Positions 1 to 8,069 of a stretch of DNA of 64,000 nucleotides are shown piece by piece. How positions within the stretch are numbered: the stretch's first letter is position 1; every line of letters begins with the position of its first letter. The notes under the pieces were generated by a model. The model worked only from the letters and a program-made list of their open reading frames with translations, was not told where the DNA came from and ran no database searches. The DNA is from an uncultured Candidatus Saccharibacteria bacterium (GTDB lineage: Bacteria > Patescibacteriota > Minisyncoccia > Portnoybacterales > UBA2143). A program made the translations under genes and the position numbers. The stretch spans positions 3,216 to 67,215 of the forward strand of contig CAZQUN010000005.1 in assembly GCA_964596615.1 (NCBI GenBank), written 5' to 3'.

Positions 1-31
1 TAGGGTAGATAGTACTCATGGATACGCATTT

Positions 32-3000
32 ATGGTAAATAATTATGAGTTTGTTGTATCAGGGTCAGACGGGCAAGTTGCTATTGGAGAAGCAGCAGCA
101 GAAGCCTGGCTTGAAATAAGCGATAGTGGAGGAGGCTCAGCCGATTTCTTAATGTTAAGCAGCGATGACGCAAATGACGGAGACAGGTTTATAGTTAAAA
201 ATAACGGCAATGTCGGCATCGGCACTACCACTCCAGATGCCTCCTTATCAGTCACCGCCAGCGCAGGTTCTCTAACAGGCAACCAATTCCTATTCCAAGT
301 ATCAAGTACTACTAATTCTACAATAACTAATGCCTTAGTTGTTAATGCAGATGGGAATGTGGGGATTGGGACGGCGAGTCCAAGCGAGAAACTCCATGTT
401 GTTGGAGATAGTTTATTTGATGGGAATATAGAATTGGACGCTGAAGGCGACTATATAAATTGGGGTTCTGCTAATCATTACATTACCCAAAACAATTATT
501 ACGTTGCAGCGGTTGGCAATGAAAATCAGGTTTTTAGGGCTATCGGAGGAACAAATAATGACGAAGTTTTCTTTACAGTTGAGGGTAGCGGTAACGTCGG
601 CATCGGGACAACAACGCCACAAGGAACATTTGTCGTGACTACTTCTACATCTGCTGTAGGCGAGGGTTTCGCCTTGAAAATTGATAGCACAACGGGACAA
701 GTTCTTTTACCTTCTATGAACGATGTATCTAATCCAAGTTTAGCTTTTGGCGATGGGAATACGGGGTTTTATGAAAGCGCGGACAATTCTTTAAGGGTGT
801 CTGTAGCTGGTAATAATGCTGTTCATTTCGGGGGAGATACGGAAGCGATAAGGTCAGCTGACGCAGAAGGATTCCGCTTAATGAACGAAGCTAAGAGTGC
901 TACTAATCCGGTATACGCTTTGGGTAGCGATACAGATACGGGCATAGGTGCGGCAACAGATGACCAACTTTCCCTTATTGCTGGCGGTGTAGAGGGATTA
1001 AGATTAGAAGAATCAGGCGGAGCTATTACATCGTTTTTTAATTCCGGCAACGTCGGTATTGGCACCACCACTCCAGACGCCTCTTTATCGGTCACAGCAT
1101 CAGCAGGTTCTCTAACAGGCAATCAATTCTTATTTCAAGTGGCCAGCACGACTGATGCTTCAATGAATGATGTTTTTGTAGTAACGGCAGATGGGAATGT
1201 CGGGATTGGAACAGCGAGTCCGGAAGATATTTTTCATGTGACAGGCGGATATGTAGTATTTGATTCCGGAAGCGCGAGTTCAAAACCCTTTTACCTGCGT
1301 TACAACGGCTCAAATCGACTTGTTTTTACAGCAGATTCAGCTCAAAGTAATATTACTTCAGATAATAATAATGATTTAGGTTTTACTATTGGTGGTTCAG
1401 AAAGGATTAGGTTTGATATCGCTGGTAACGTTGGTATCGGGACAACAACGCCAGATGCCTCTTTATCAGTCACCGCCAGCGCCGGCTCTCTGACAGGGGA
1501 TAGCTTCCTTTTTCAGGTATCGTCAACAACTGCTTCCACAATAGATAATACCCTTATTGTTACAGCCGATACTAATATAGGAATAGGAACAACCACTCCT
1601 GACTACAAACTATCAATTAATGGAACCAACGCGACAGATAAACTTCTTCAGGTAGCAACATCAACCAATCAACAAATACTGGTCATAGATAACAATGGCA
1701 ATGTCGGCATAGGAACTTCTACCCCCCAGGACTTCAAATTTCAGATAGCAGGCGATTTAGGTCCAGATGCAGATAATATCTACGAACTTGGTTCTACCAC
1801 TTTGCGCTGGAAAGATATTCATTTAGGTCCGGGTTCTGTTAATTTGTACTCATCCTATACTGACACAGATAACTACGAAAAAGGCGGCCTTTCTCTAACA
1901 AGTTCCTATCAATCAGATTCATCAATTGATTTTGACAGCGCTGATGAATCTAAATTTACTCAGGAAGACCTGGCCTATTCCGTCACCTTAACACCATCTG
2001 CTACTAATGGAAGCTCTATTACCCTGACTCTTGGTTCTGGCACCTGGAGCGCTACGCATAAGATTAAAAAAGGCTGCCGAGTTATTAACAATGCTACTTC
2101 AGAAACAGGAAAAGCTGATATCACTGCCGATCCTGCCGGACAAACAACCATTACCGCTTCAACAACTGTTGACTTTACCGATACCAATGCTATAGCCAGC
2201 GGAGATTGGGCGATTTATTGTACGAAGTTCGGTGCTAGCGGAGTAGCGCAGGTTAACGACGCTGTTGTCACCGGCAACTATTTTGGCGATGACTCTGATG
2301 GGGCAGAGACTATTTCTTCAAATACTAACCTGGAGGTTTTAAATAAGGATGGTTCCTACGATGGTGATATGGTTGTCAAGCAATATTCATCTTTAACCGT
2401 TGATGCTGATAAAACCCTAAGCGTAGACCAGGCCGGAAGAGGAATGCTCATTTACGTTTCCGGCAACGCTACTATCAATGGGACGATTTCTATGTCGGCC
2501 AAAGGAGGTTATTCAGATCCAACAGCCGGAAAAGGAGGAGGTAACTCGCCGTCTGATGATTCAGCTGTTTCTGCAACAGGGCTTCGTTTGCCTATGTTTA
2601 AAAGTGGAGAAACAGATACTCTGGCTGCGGCTGACTTTGCTGGGACAGGAACAACCTCTGTTGCTGTCATTGCTAATCAGCAGGGAATAAGCGGGGATGG
2701 GAAGATTTTTTCAATTGCGAAAACTGGCGCTTCCGGAGGGACAGGAAGAGGCTCGCAAGGTGCTGGGGATAATGGAGATGATGGGGTTACAAATCAGAGC
2801 GGCGGAGGTGGCAGCGGCGGCTCTCATAGCGGCGCCGGCGGCGGCACCGGAGATGGAGCTGCTGGGACATGTTTTTCGGGCGGACCGGGCTCCGGCGCTC
2901 AGGCTGATGGCGGTTCGACTACTGCCGCCGGGACCGCATATGGCGGACCGGGTAGCGATGCCCTCAATGGCGGTGGCGACGGACACGCCGATTCTGCTGG

Positions 3001-5629
3001 CGGCGGTGCTGGAAATCCTGGCGGGTCAGGTATTAATGGCGGAAGTTCGGGAGGAACCGGAACCGGCGGTCTGTTGGTGTTGGTCGTTGGTGGCGATTTG
3101 ACTTTTGGAGCGTCTTCGCAGATAACAGCTAATGGCGCTAACGGTGGCGCCGGCGGAAACAATGGAGCAGCGAATGGTGATCCTGGCGGCGGCGCTTCGG
3201 GCGGTGGGAATATTTTAATCCTATACGCTGGAACTCTGACAGACAGCGGAGTGACTAAAACAGCCAGCGGAGGCACTGGGGGAACAAGCAATGAGCCAAC
3301 GGGAAGAACAGGTGGCGATGGCGGCGACGGTGTAGTCCAGGGGCCAACACAGGTAGAGGGTTCAACAATAACAACCCGTCCGACAGACCAGCTTTATACC
3401 CTGACCACTACCGACACCAGCCAAATAGATAGTTCTGCCTGGACAGATATTAACTCAATCAGCGTGACGGAAACACTAGATTCGCAAACAATCTATTACG
3501 CAGCATCATTTGACGACAGAACAACCTGGGCTATTGCGTCAACAACCCAAACCAACTGGAGAAAGATAGTTAAAAACGACGGAGGAACATGGAAGTACAA
3601 TTCTAACTCAACCTGGGGCTCTGAAACATGGACCGCAACAGCAACTAATACCCAGGAATGGGCTTTTGATGACGCCATGGACAGTTGGTACAACCAAATG
3701 ACAGGAACCTACTTAATTGCTCTAACAGACACAGAATGGGAAGCAACCAATGGTTGGTCACAGAGCGTTGATACCATAGATATGTCATTTACCTTAAAAA
3801 CCACATCATCGGGAAGCACCCCTCAGGTAGATAATATTGCCTTTAACCACGAAGGAGGAGGAACTCAAAATGAGCTAACATTTGGAACATACTCAGATGG
3901 CACGGGCAGCAACAGGGCTATCAAATTCAGGACCGGCTACCAAAACGAAGGATTCTTTATTGGCACGGATGGAAACATCGGCATTGGGACAACTTCTCCC
4001 CAGGGAATATTCTCTATTGCCACTTCAACCAACGATGATATGTCTGCCTTTATGATTGAAACATCATCAGGTAATATCGGCATCGGAACATCCTCGCCTA
4101 ACTACACTCTTAAAGTCGCTGGTACGGCCGCCGGTCTTTCTGCCTGGACCAATGAATCACATTCAACCTTCAAAGAGAATTTTGAAGACAAATATGTTCT
4201 AACCGGTATAGCTCAGTTGAATCTTAAAGAATGGCAATTTAAGGAAAGTATTAATCCGTACGATACCAACAGGCACATATCACCATTCGCAGAGGACTTT
4301 AGGGAACAATTCAATCTAGGAGATTCTGATTATCGTATTCAATCATTAGATGTTGCCGGTGTAGCATTAAAAGGAGTTCAAGAGATAATTGATACTTTGG
4401 ATATCACTAACGCCCCGACATCAACTCCGTCAATGACTATTAATTCGGATGGCGATATCTCTTTTGGATCAACAACAACACCCCTCTTCATTATCACCTC
4501 AAGAGGCAATATTGGAATTGGAACAACAACGCCCAATGCTAAATTAAGTATCCAGACCGATGGTACTACTTCAACAACCAGCGCTTTCTTAATCCGCAAT
4601 GCTTCTTCAACACCAATACTGACCATGCTTAATAATGGTAATGTCGGCATAGGAACAACTTCACCGACTCACATCCTAACAATAGGCCAAGGAAAAGGTA
4701 ATCCAATCGCAGACGGCTGGTCTGTCTATTCTTCAGGACAATACAAAACAGATATTACCTATTTGGAAGAAGAAGAATACCAAGAGATCTTAGAAGAAAT
4801 AGAGGGAATTAATGTTGCTCGGTATCGGTATAAGGAATCAATAAACGATGAACAAGAAATAATAGATAATGAAGAAAGGAAACTTAATTTAGGAGTCATT
4901 GCCGAAGAAGTTCCGGAACAAGTTCTTTCAGAAGATAAGAAATCAGTCAGTTTGTATGATTATGCTTCGTACGCCTTAGCAGGAGTCAAAGCATTAAAAC
5001 AAGAATTAGACCAACTCAAAGAAACATTAACCATCTCTAAAGATCAAGATGGTAATCTAGTTGAAAACGACCACATAGAACAACTACGAAAGAAACTCTC
5101 TGACCTTAAACTAATCATAGACCATGATGGAACATTGACGGTTGATAGGTTGAAGGCGGAGGTGGTGGAGGCGAAAAGCATTAAGATTAAGGCAGATAGA
5201 GTAGAAGAGACCGGCATTACCATTTACGACCGGGCGAGTGGAAATCCATATTGTTTCTACATTGAAAATGGGGTTTCCATGACCAGTTCAGGTGAATGTA
5301 CCAATACTTCAGAAGGAAGCGTTGTAATTAAAGAAGCAACTTCAACAACTCCTTTTGAAATAGGGGAAGCAACTTCAACCGAACCAACTATTATTGAAGA
5401 AACAGCCAGTTCAACAGAAGAAATAGTTGAAATAGAAGGGAGTCCTGGAATACTGGAAGAGGCAACTTCAACAGAACCAATTGTTGAAGAAGTAGCAGAA
5501 GAAATAGCGGAGACAACAGGAGAAATATCAGAAACAGAAGAAGAATCAGAGATTCCGGTCTTGCCGCTTTCAGATGAAATTAGCGCTGAACAAAGCTCTA
5601 GCACTCAAGCAGTGATAATAGAGGAATAG
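32..5629 (+). CDS. Giant tail-fiber-like surface protein (at least 1865 aa). Repeated GNVGIGTTTP beta-repeat modules, a Gly-rich central region, an internal peptidase S74 / intramolecular chaperone domain (approx nt 4740-5080) and an acidic S/T/E-rich C-terminal tail. The N-terminus may lie upstream of the window.
   Basis: Long ORF in the track. Many copies of the motif G-N-V-G-I-G-T-(T/S/A)-(T/S)-P, typical of tail-fiber-domain proteins. The segment YLEEEEYQEILEEIEGINVARYRYKESINDEQEIIDNEERKLNLGVIAEEVPEQVLSEDKKSVSLYDYASYALAGVKALKQELDQLKE matches the conserved C-terminal chaperone domain of endosialidase-type tailspikes (Peptidase_S74). No in-frame stop lies between nt 2 and the ATG at 32, so the ORF may extend 5' of the window. 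Confidence 0.8.
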   Translation: MVNNYEFVVSGSDGQVAIGEAAAEAWLEISDSGGGSADFLMLSSDDANDGDRFIVKNNGNVGIGTTTPDASLSVTASAGSLTGNQFLFQVSSTTNSTITNALVVNADGNVGIGTASPSEKLHVVGDSLFDGNIELDAEGDYINWGSANHYITQNNYYVAAVGNENQVFRAIGGTNNDEVFFTVEGSGNVGIGTTTPQGTFVVTTSTSAVGEGFALKIDSTTGQVLLPSMNDVSNPSLAFGDGNTGFYESADNSLRVSVAGNNAVHFGGDTEAIRSADAEGFRLMNEAKSATNPVYALGSDTDTGIGAATDDQLSLIAGGVEGLRLEESGGAITSFFNSGNVGIGTTTPDASLSVTASAGSLTGNQFLFQVASTTDASMNDVFVVTADGNVGIGTASPEDIFHVTGGYVVFDSGSASSKPFYLRYNGSNRLVFTADSAQSNITSDNNNDLGFTIGGSERIRFDIAGNVGIGTTTPDASLSVTASAGSLTGDSFLFQVSSTTASTIDNTLIVTADTNIGIGTTTPDYKLSINGTNATDKLLQVATSTNQQILVIDNNGNVGIGTSTPQDFKFQIAGDLGPDADNIYELGSTTLRWKDIHLGPGSVNLYSSYTDTDNYEKGGLSLTSSYQSDSSIDFDSADESKFTQEDLAYSVTLTPSATNGSSITLTLGSGTWSATHKIKKGCRVINNATSETGKADITADPAGQTTITASTTVDFTDTNAIASGDWAIYCTKFGASGVAQVNDAVVTGNYFGDDSDGAETISSNTNLEVLNKDGSYDGDMVVKQYSSLTVDADKTLSVDQAGRGMLIYVSGNATINGTISMSAKGGYSDPTAGKGGGNSPSDDSAVSATGLRLPMFKSGETDTLAAADFAGTGTTSVAVIANQQGISGDGKIFSIAKTGASGGTGRGSQGAGDNGDDGVTNQSGGGGSGGSHSGAGGGTGDGAAGTCFSGGPGSGAQADGGSTTAAGTAYGGPGSDALNGGGDGHADSAGGGAGNPGGSGINGGSSGGTGTGGLLVLVVGGDLTFGASSQITANGANGGAGGNNGAANGDPGGGASGGGNILILYAGTLTDSGVTKTASGGTGGTSNEPTGRTGGDGGDGVVQGPTQVEGSTITTRPTDQLYTLTTTDTSQIDSSAWTDINSISVTETLDSQTIYYAASFDDRTTWAIASTTQTNWRKIVKNDGGTWKYNSNSTWGSETWTATATNTQEWAFDDAMDSWYNQMTGTYLIALTDTEWEATNGWSQSVDTIDMSFTLKTTSSGSTPQVDNIAFNHEGGGTQNELTFGTYSDGTGSNRAIKFRTGYQNEGFFIGTDGNIGIGTTSPQGIFSIATSTNDDMSAFMIETSSGNIGIGTSSPNYTLKVAGTAAGLSAWTNESHSTFKENFEDKYVLTGIAQLNLKEWQFKESINPYDTNRHISPFAEDFREQFNLGDSDYRIQSLDVAGVALKGVQEIIDTLDITNAPTSTPSMTINSDGDISFGSTTTPLFIITSRGNIGIGTTTPNAKLSIQTDGTTSTTSAFLIRNASSTPILTMLNNGNVGIGTTSPTHILTIGQGKGNPIADGWSVYSSGQYKTDITYLEEEEYQEILEEIEGINVARYRYKESINDEQEIIDNEERKLNLGVIAEEVPEQVLSEDKKSVSLYDYASYALAGVKALKQELDQLKETLTISKDQDGNLVENDHIEQLRKKLSDLKLIIDHDGTLTVDRLKAEVVEAKSIKIKADRVEETGITIYDRASGNPYCFYIENGVSMTSSGECTNTSEGSVVIKEATSTTPFEIGEATSTEPTIIEETASSTEEIVEIEGSPGILEEATSTEPIVEEVAEEIAETTGEISETEEESEIPVLPLSDEISAEQSSSTQAVIIEE
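206..315 (+). repeat. Intragenic near-identical approx 100-nt repeat, copy 1 (encodes GNVGIGTTTPDASLSVTASAGSLTGNQFLFQVSSTT)
   Basis: Nucleotide-level near-identity with the copies at 1046 and 1424, visible by direct reading (ggcaaYgtcggYatYggcacYaccactccagaYgcctcYttatcRgtcac...). Confidence 0.7.
1046..1150 (+). repeat. Intragenic near-identical repeat, copy 2
   Basis: Same approx 100-nt unit as at 206. The protein repeat is GNVGIGTTTPDASLSVTASAGSLTGNQFLFQVASTT. Confidence 0.7.
1424..1530 (+). repeat. Intragenic repeat, copy 3 (more diverged at the third codon positions)
   Basis: GNVGIGTTTPDASLSVTASAGSLTGDSFLFQVSSTT is encoded by ggtaacgttggtatcgggacaacaacgccagatgcctctttatcagtcaccgccagcgcc... 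Confidence 0.6.
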
Positions 5630-5632
5630 ATT

Positions 5633-6334
5633 ATGCCAAATATTCTTGGAGTTAAAATTGATAATTTGGATGAAAACGAAATCCTTGAAAAAATAGAGGG
5701 TTTTTTAAACAGCAGCAAACAAAGCTATTTAACCACGCCCAACCCGGAGTTTCTGGTTCAGGCTCAAGAAGATAAAGAGTTTAACAAAATCCTAAACCAG
5801 GCTGATATTTCTATCCCCGATGGAATTGGTTTAATTCTAGCTTCTTTGTTTTTAGGCCAGCCAATTAAAAAGAGAATTGCTGGAGTGGATTTAATGGAGT
5901 TAATCTGTCAAAAGGCGGCTAATCAAGGATATTCGGTTTTCCTATTGGGCGGAAAAAAAGGAATAGCAGAAAAAGCATCTTTCAAACTCAAAGAAAAATA
6001 TCCTGGCTTAGAGATTGATTTTTGCCAAAATGAATCTGTTTTACCAAAAAAAGAACCGGTAATTTGTTTTGTTGCTTTAGGTGCTCCCAAGCAGGAAAGA
6101 TGGATTAAGAATAATTTGAATAAAATGCCTTCGGTTAAATTAGCCATGGGAGTTGGCGGCGCCTTTGATTTTATCTCCGACAATATTAAGCGAGCCCCCA
6201 GGGGTATAAGGAAAATCGGCTTGGAATGGCTCTGGCGGCTAGCTTTAGAGCCTTGGCGAGGGAAAAGAATCTTCAGGGCAGTAATAGTATTTCCATATTT
6301 AATCCTGAAATCAAAATTATCCACAGGGAAATAG
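5633..6334 (+). CDS. tagA: WecB/TagA/CpsF-family glycosyltransferase (N-acetylmannosaminyltransferase-like)
   Basis: Family-typical segments LGAPKQERWI, GVGGAFDF and GLEWLWRL. About 230 aa. Starts 4 nt after the giant gene. Confidence 0.8.
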   Translation: MPNILGVKIDNLDENEILEKIEGFLNSSKQSYLTTPNPEFLVQAQEDKEFNKILNQADISIPDGIGLILASLFLGQPIKKRIAGVDLMELICQKAANQGYSVFLLGGKKGIAEKASFKLKEKYPGLEIDFCQNESVLPKKEPVICFVALGAPKQERWIKNNLNKMPSVKLAMGVGGAFDFISDNIKRAPRGIRKIGLEWLWRLALEPWRGKRIFRAVIVFPYLILKSKLSTGK

Positions 6335-6403
6335 TTTTTAATTTTAAACCGCCTAAGGTATAATATTAGGTAAGAATAATTAATAAGGAAAGGAGAACAA
6401 TAT

Positions 6404-6688
6404 ATGCTATGGGTCTGGGTAATAATTGGTCTGGCTGTTCTGGTTGGTTTGCTCTTGTGGTGGAACTCAAAGAAAAAGGGAGTCAATGAAGAAGAAATGA
6501 CTGCCGCTCCACAAGCTCCTCAGGAGCCAGAAGCGCCATCAATGCCTCAAGCTCCGCCAATGCCCGAAACTCCTTCAATGCCAGAAACTCCAGCAGCCCC
6601 CGAACCTCCAGTAGAATCCCCACCAATGGAATCTCCAGCAGAAGAGACTCCTTCTGCTCCTTCTTCAGAAGAAGAAAGGCCAATGTAA
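6404..6688 (+). CDS. Small membrane-anchored proline-rich protein (MPQAPPMPETPSMPETPAAPEPP repeats)
   Basis: Good RBS (aaggaaaggag) 8 nt upstream. N-terminal TM helix, then PxxP-type low-complexity repeats. A tataat -10 lies upstream. Confidence 0.5.
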   Translation: MLWVWVIIGLAVLVGLLLWWNSKKKGVNEEEMTAAPQAPQEPEAPSMPQAPPMPETPSMPETPAAPEPPVESPPMESPAEETPSAPSSEEERPM

Positions 6689-6704
6689 TATAGGTAAAAT
6701 GATA

Positions 6705-6738
6705 AAAAGGTCTGGCAGCCCTTGGCTGTTCAGGCTTT
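6705..6738 (+). terminator. Putative intrinsic terminator after the Pro-rich gene
   Basis: Imperfect hairpin tctggcagcccttggctgttcagg followed by cttttttgtg. Confidence 0.35.
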
Positions 6739-6741
6739 TTT

Positions 6742-7551
6742 GTGTTAGAATATGCCTCAATGAAGAGAATTTTGAGCCATCCTTTTGTTTTATCTCTTTT
6801 AATAATCATTCTTTTTATCTTTTTTAATTCCCAGGGCTGGTTAAAACTAATAGAGGATGTTTTTTTAAGTTTATCCCGGCCAATTCAGGAAACAACTTAT
6901 CAGTTTTCACTCAAAGCCAGAAATTTTGCTGATTTTGTTTTTTCAGTCAGGGGATTGGAAAAAGAAAACAACTCTCTTAAAGAAGAAAACAGAATACTTT
7001 TAGGCCAGATAACTCAACTAAAAGAAGCAACCAGAGAAAATGAGTTTTTAAGAAAGCAATTAGGTTTTTCAATTCCAGAAGATAAAGAATTAATTTTAGC
7101 TAATGTTATTGGCCAGGAACCTTCTGGTTTAGGAGAATTCATTTTAATTGATAAAGGAGAAAAAGACGGAGTTTTAAGCAAGGGAGTAGTCATATCAGCC
7201 GGTAATCTTTTAGTTGGCCAGATAATTGAAACAACAGAATCATTTTCAAAAGTCCGCTTAATCAGCGATCCGAACAGCCGAATCAACGCCTTGATTCAAG
7301 AATCAGGCATTACCGGATTAATTGAAAGCGATCAGAAGATAGATTTGATTATTAACCTCCTTCCCCAGGGGGAAAATATTGAAGAAGGACAATCAGTTGT
7401 AACTTCCGGCCTGGCCGGATTATTCCCAGCCGGTCTTTTAATCGGCCAGATTGAGGAAATAATTTCTTCTGACGCTCAAATTGCCCAAAGAGCAAGGATA
7501 AAACCAGCCATTGATTTTAACTATTTAAATAAAGTTTTCATTATCAAATGA
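6742..7551 (+). CDS. mreC: Rod shape-determining protein MreC (the ATG at 6760 is the more likely true start)
   Basis: N-terminal TM, then a coiled coil (LEKENNSLKEENRILLGQITQLKE). The C-terminal beta domain shows the family-typical pattern GVVISAGNLLVGQI...LISDPNSRINA...VVTSGLAGLFPAGLLIGQI. Followed by mreD and PBP2. Confidence 0.85.
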   Translation: MLEYASMKRILSHPFVLSLLIIILFIFFNSQGWLKLIEDVFLSLSRPIQETTYQFSLKARNFADFVFSVRGLEKENNSLKEENRILLGQITQLKEATRENEFLRKQLGFSIPEDKELILANVIGQEPSGLGEFILIDKGEKDGVLSKGVVISAGNLLVGQIIETTESFSKVRLISDPNSRINALIQESGITGLIESDQKIDLIINLLPQGENIEEGQSVVTSGLAGLFPAGLLIGQIEEIISSDAQIAQRARIKPAIDFNYLNKVFIIK

Positions 7552-8069
7552 AAAAATTTCTCTTTATCCCCATCCTTTTTTTAATCGCAATTCTGGAAGC
7601 CTCTTTAGCGCCTTCTTTTTCTTTTTTAGGCGTTAGCCCAAATCTAGTATTGGTTTTTCTTTTAATTTTGGTCATTTTGAAGAGATTTGAAAAGGTCTGG
7701 TGGGTAATAGTTTTAATCGGGCTTTTTCTTGATTTTTTTTCGGGTTTGCCCTTTGGAACAATTAGTTTAAGTTTAATCCTGACTTCTTCAATTATTGACT
7801 TAATTAACCGAAGTGTTTTTTCAGGAATTAAATTATGGATTAGCATCAGTTTAGTTGCCTTGGGAACCCTGCTTTACTACCTATTCCTAGTCATTCTAAG
7901 CCGATTATTAGTTTCTCTCGGAAGCGGCGATTCAATTTCATACTTTTGTGACTTCTCGTCCCAATGCTTGTTTTCTTCTTTTTCTCAATTAATGGTCGGA
8001 ATAGGGTATAATCTTTTAGTCGTCATCCTAATATTCCATGGGTTTAAAAAAATATTTCATCAGGAATAA
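7548..8069 (+). CDS. mreD: Rod shape-determining protein MreD (polytopic membrane protein)
   Basis: Approx 170-aa multi-TM protein in the canonical position between mreC and the PBP2 gene, overlapping both by a few nt. Confidence 0.65.
   Translation: MKKFLFIPILFLIAILEASLAPSFSFLGVSPNLVLVFLLILVILKRFEKVWWVIVLIGLFLDFFSGLPFGTISLSLILTSSIIDLINRSVFSGIKLWISISLVALGTLLYYLFLVILSRLLVSLGSGDSISYFCDFSSQCLFSSFSQLMVGIGYNLLVVILIFHGFKKIFHQE

Noticed and set aside
2711-3291. Minus-strand ORFs (91 and 130 aa) rich in Ala/Pro inside the giant gene
   Set aside because: They lie antisense to the GGC/GGT-rich glycine-repeat region of the giant protein. Such repeats generate long spurious antisense ORFs. There are no start-site signals.
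4742-5080. Interpreting the S74 segment as a separate phage-derived gene or prophage remnant
   Set aside because: It is in-frame and continuous with the fibre repeats, and there are no phage structural or integrase genes nearby. It is more likely an integral domain of a cellular surface protein.
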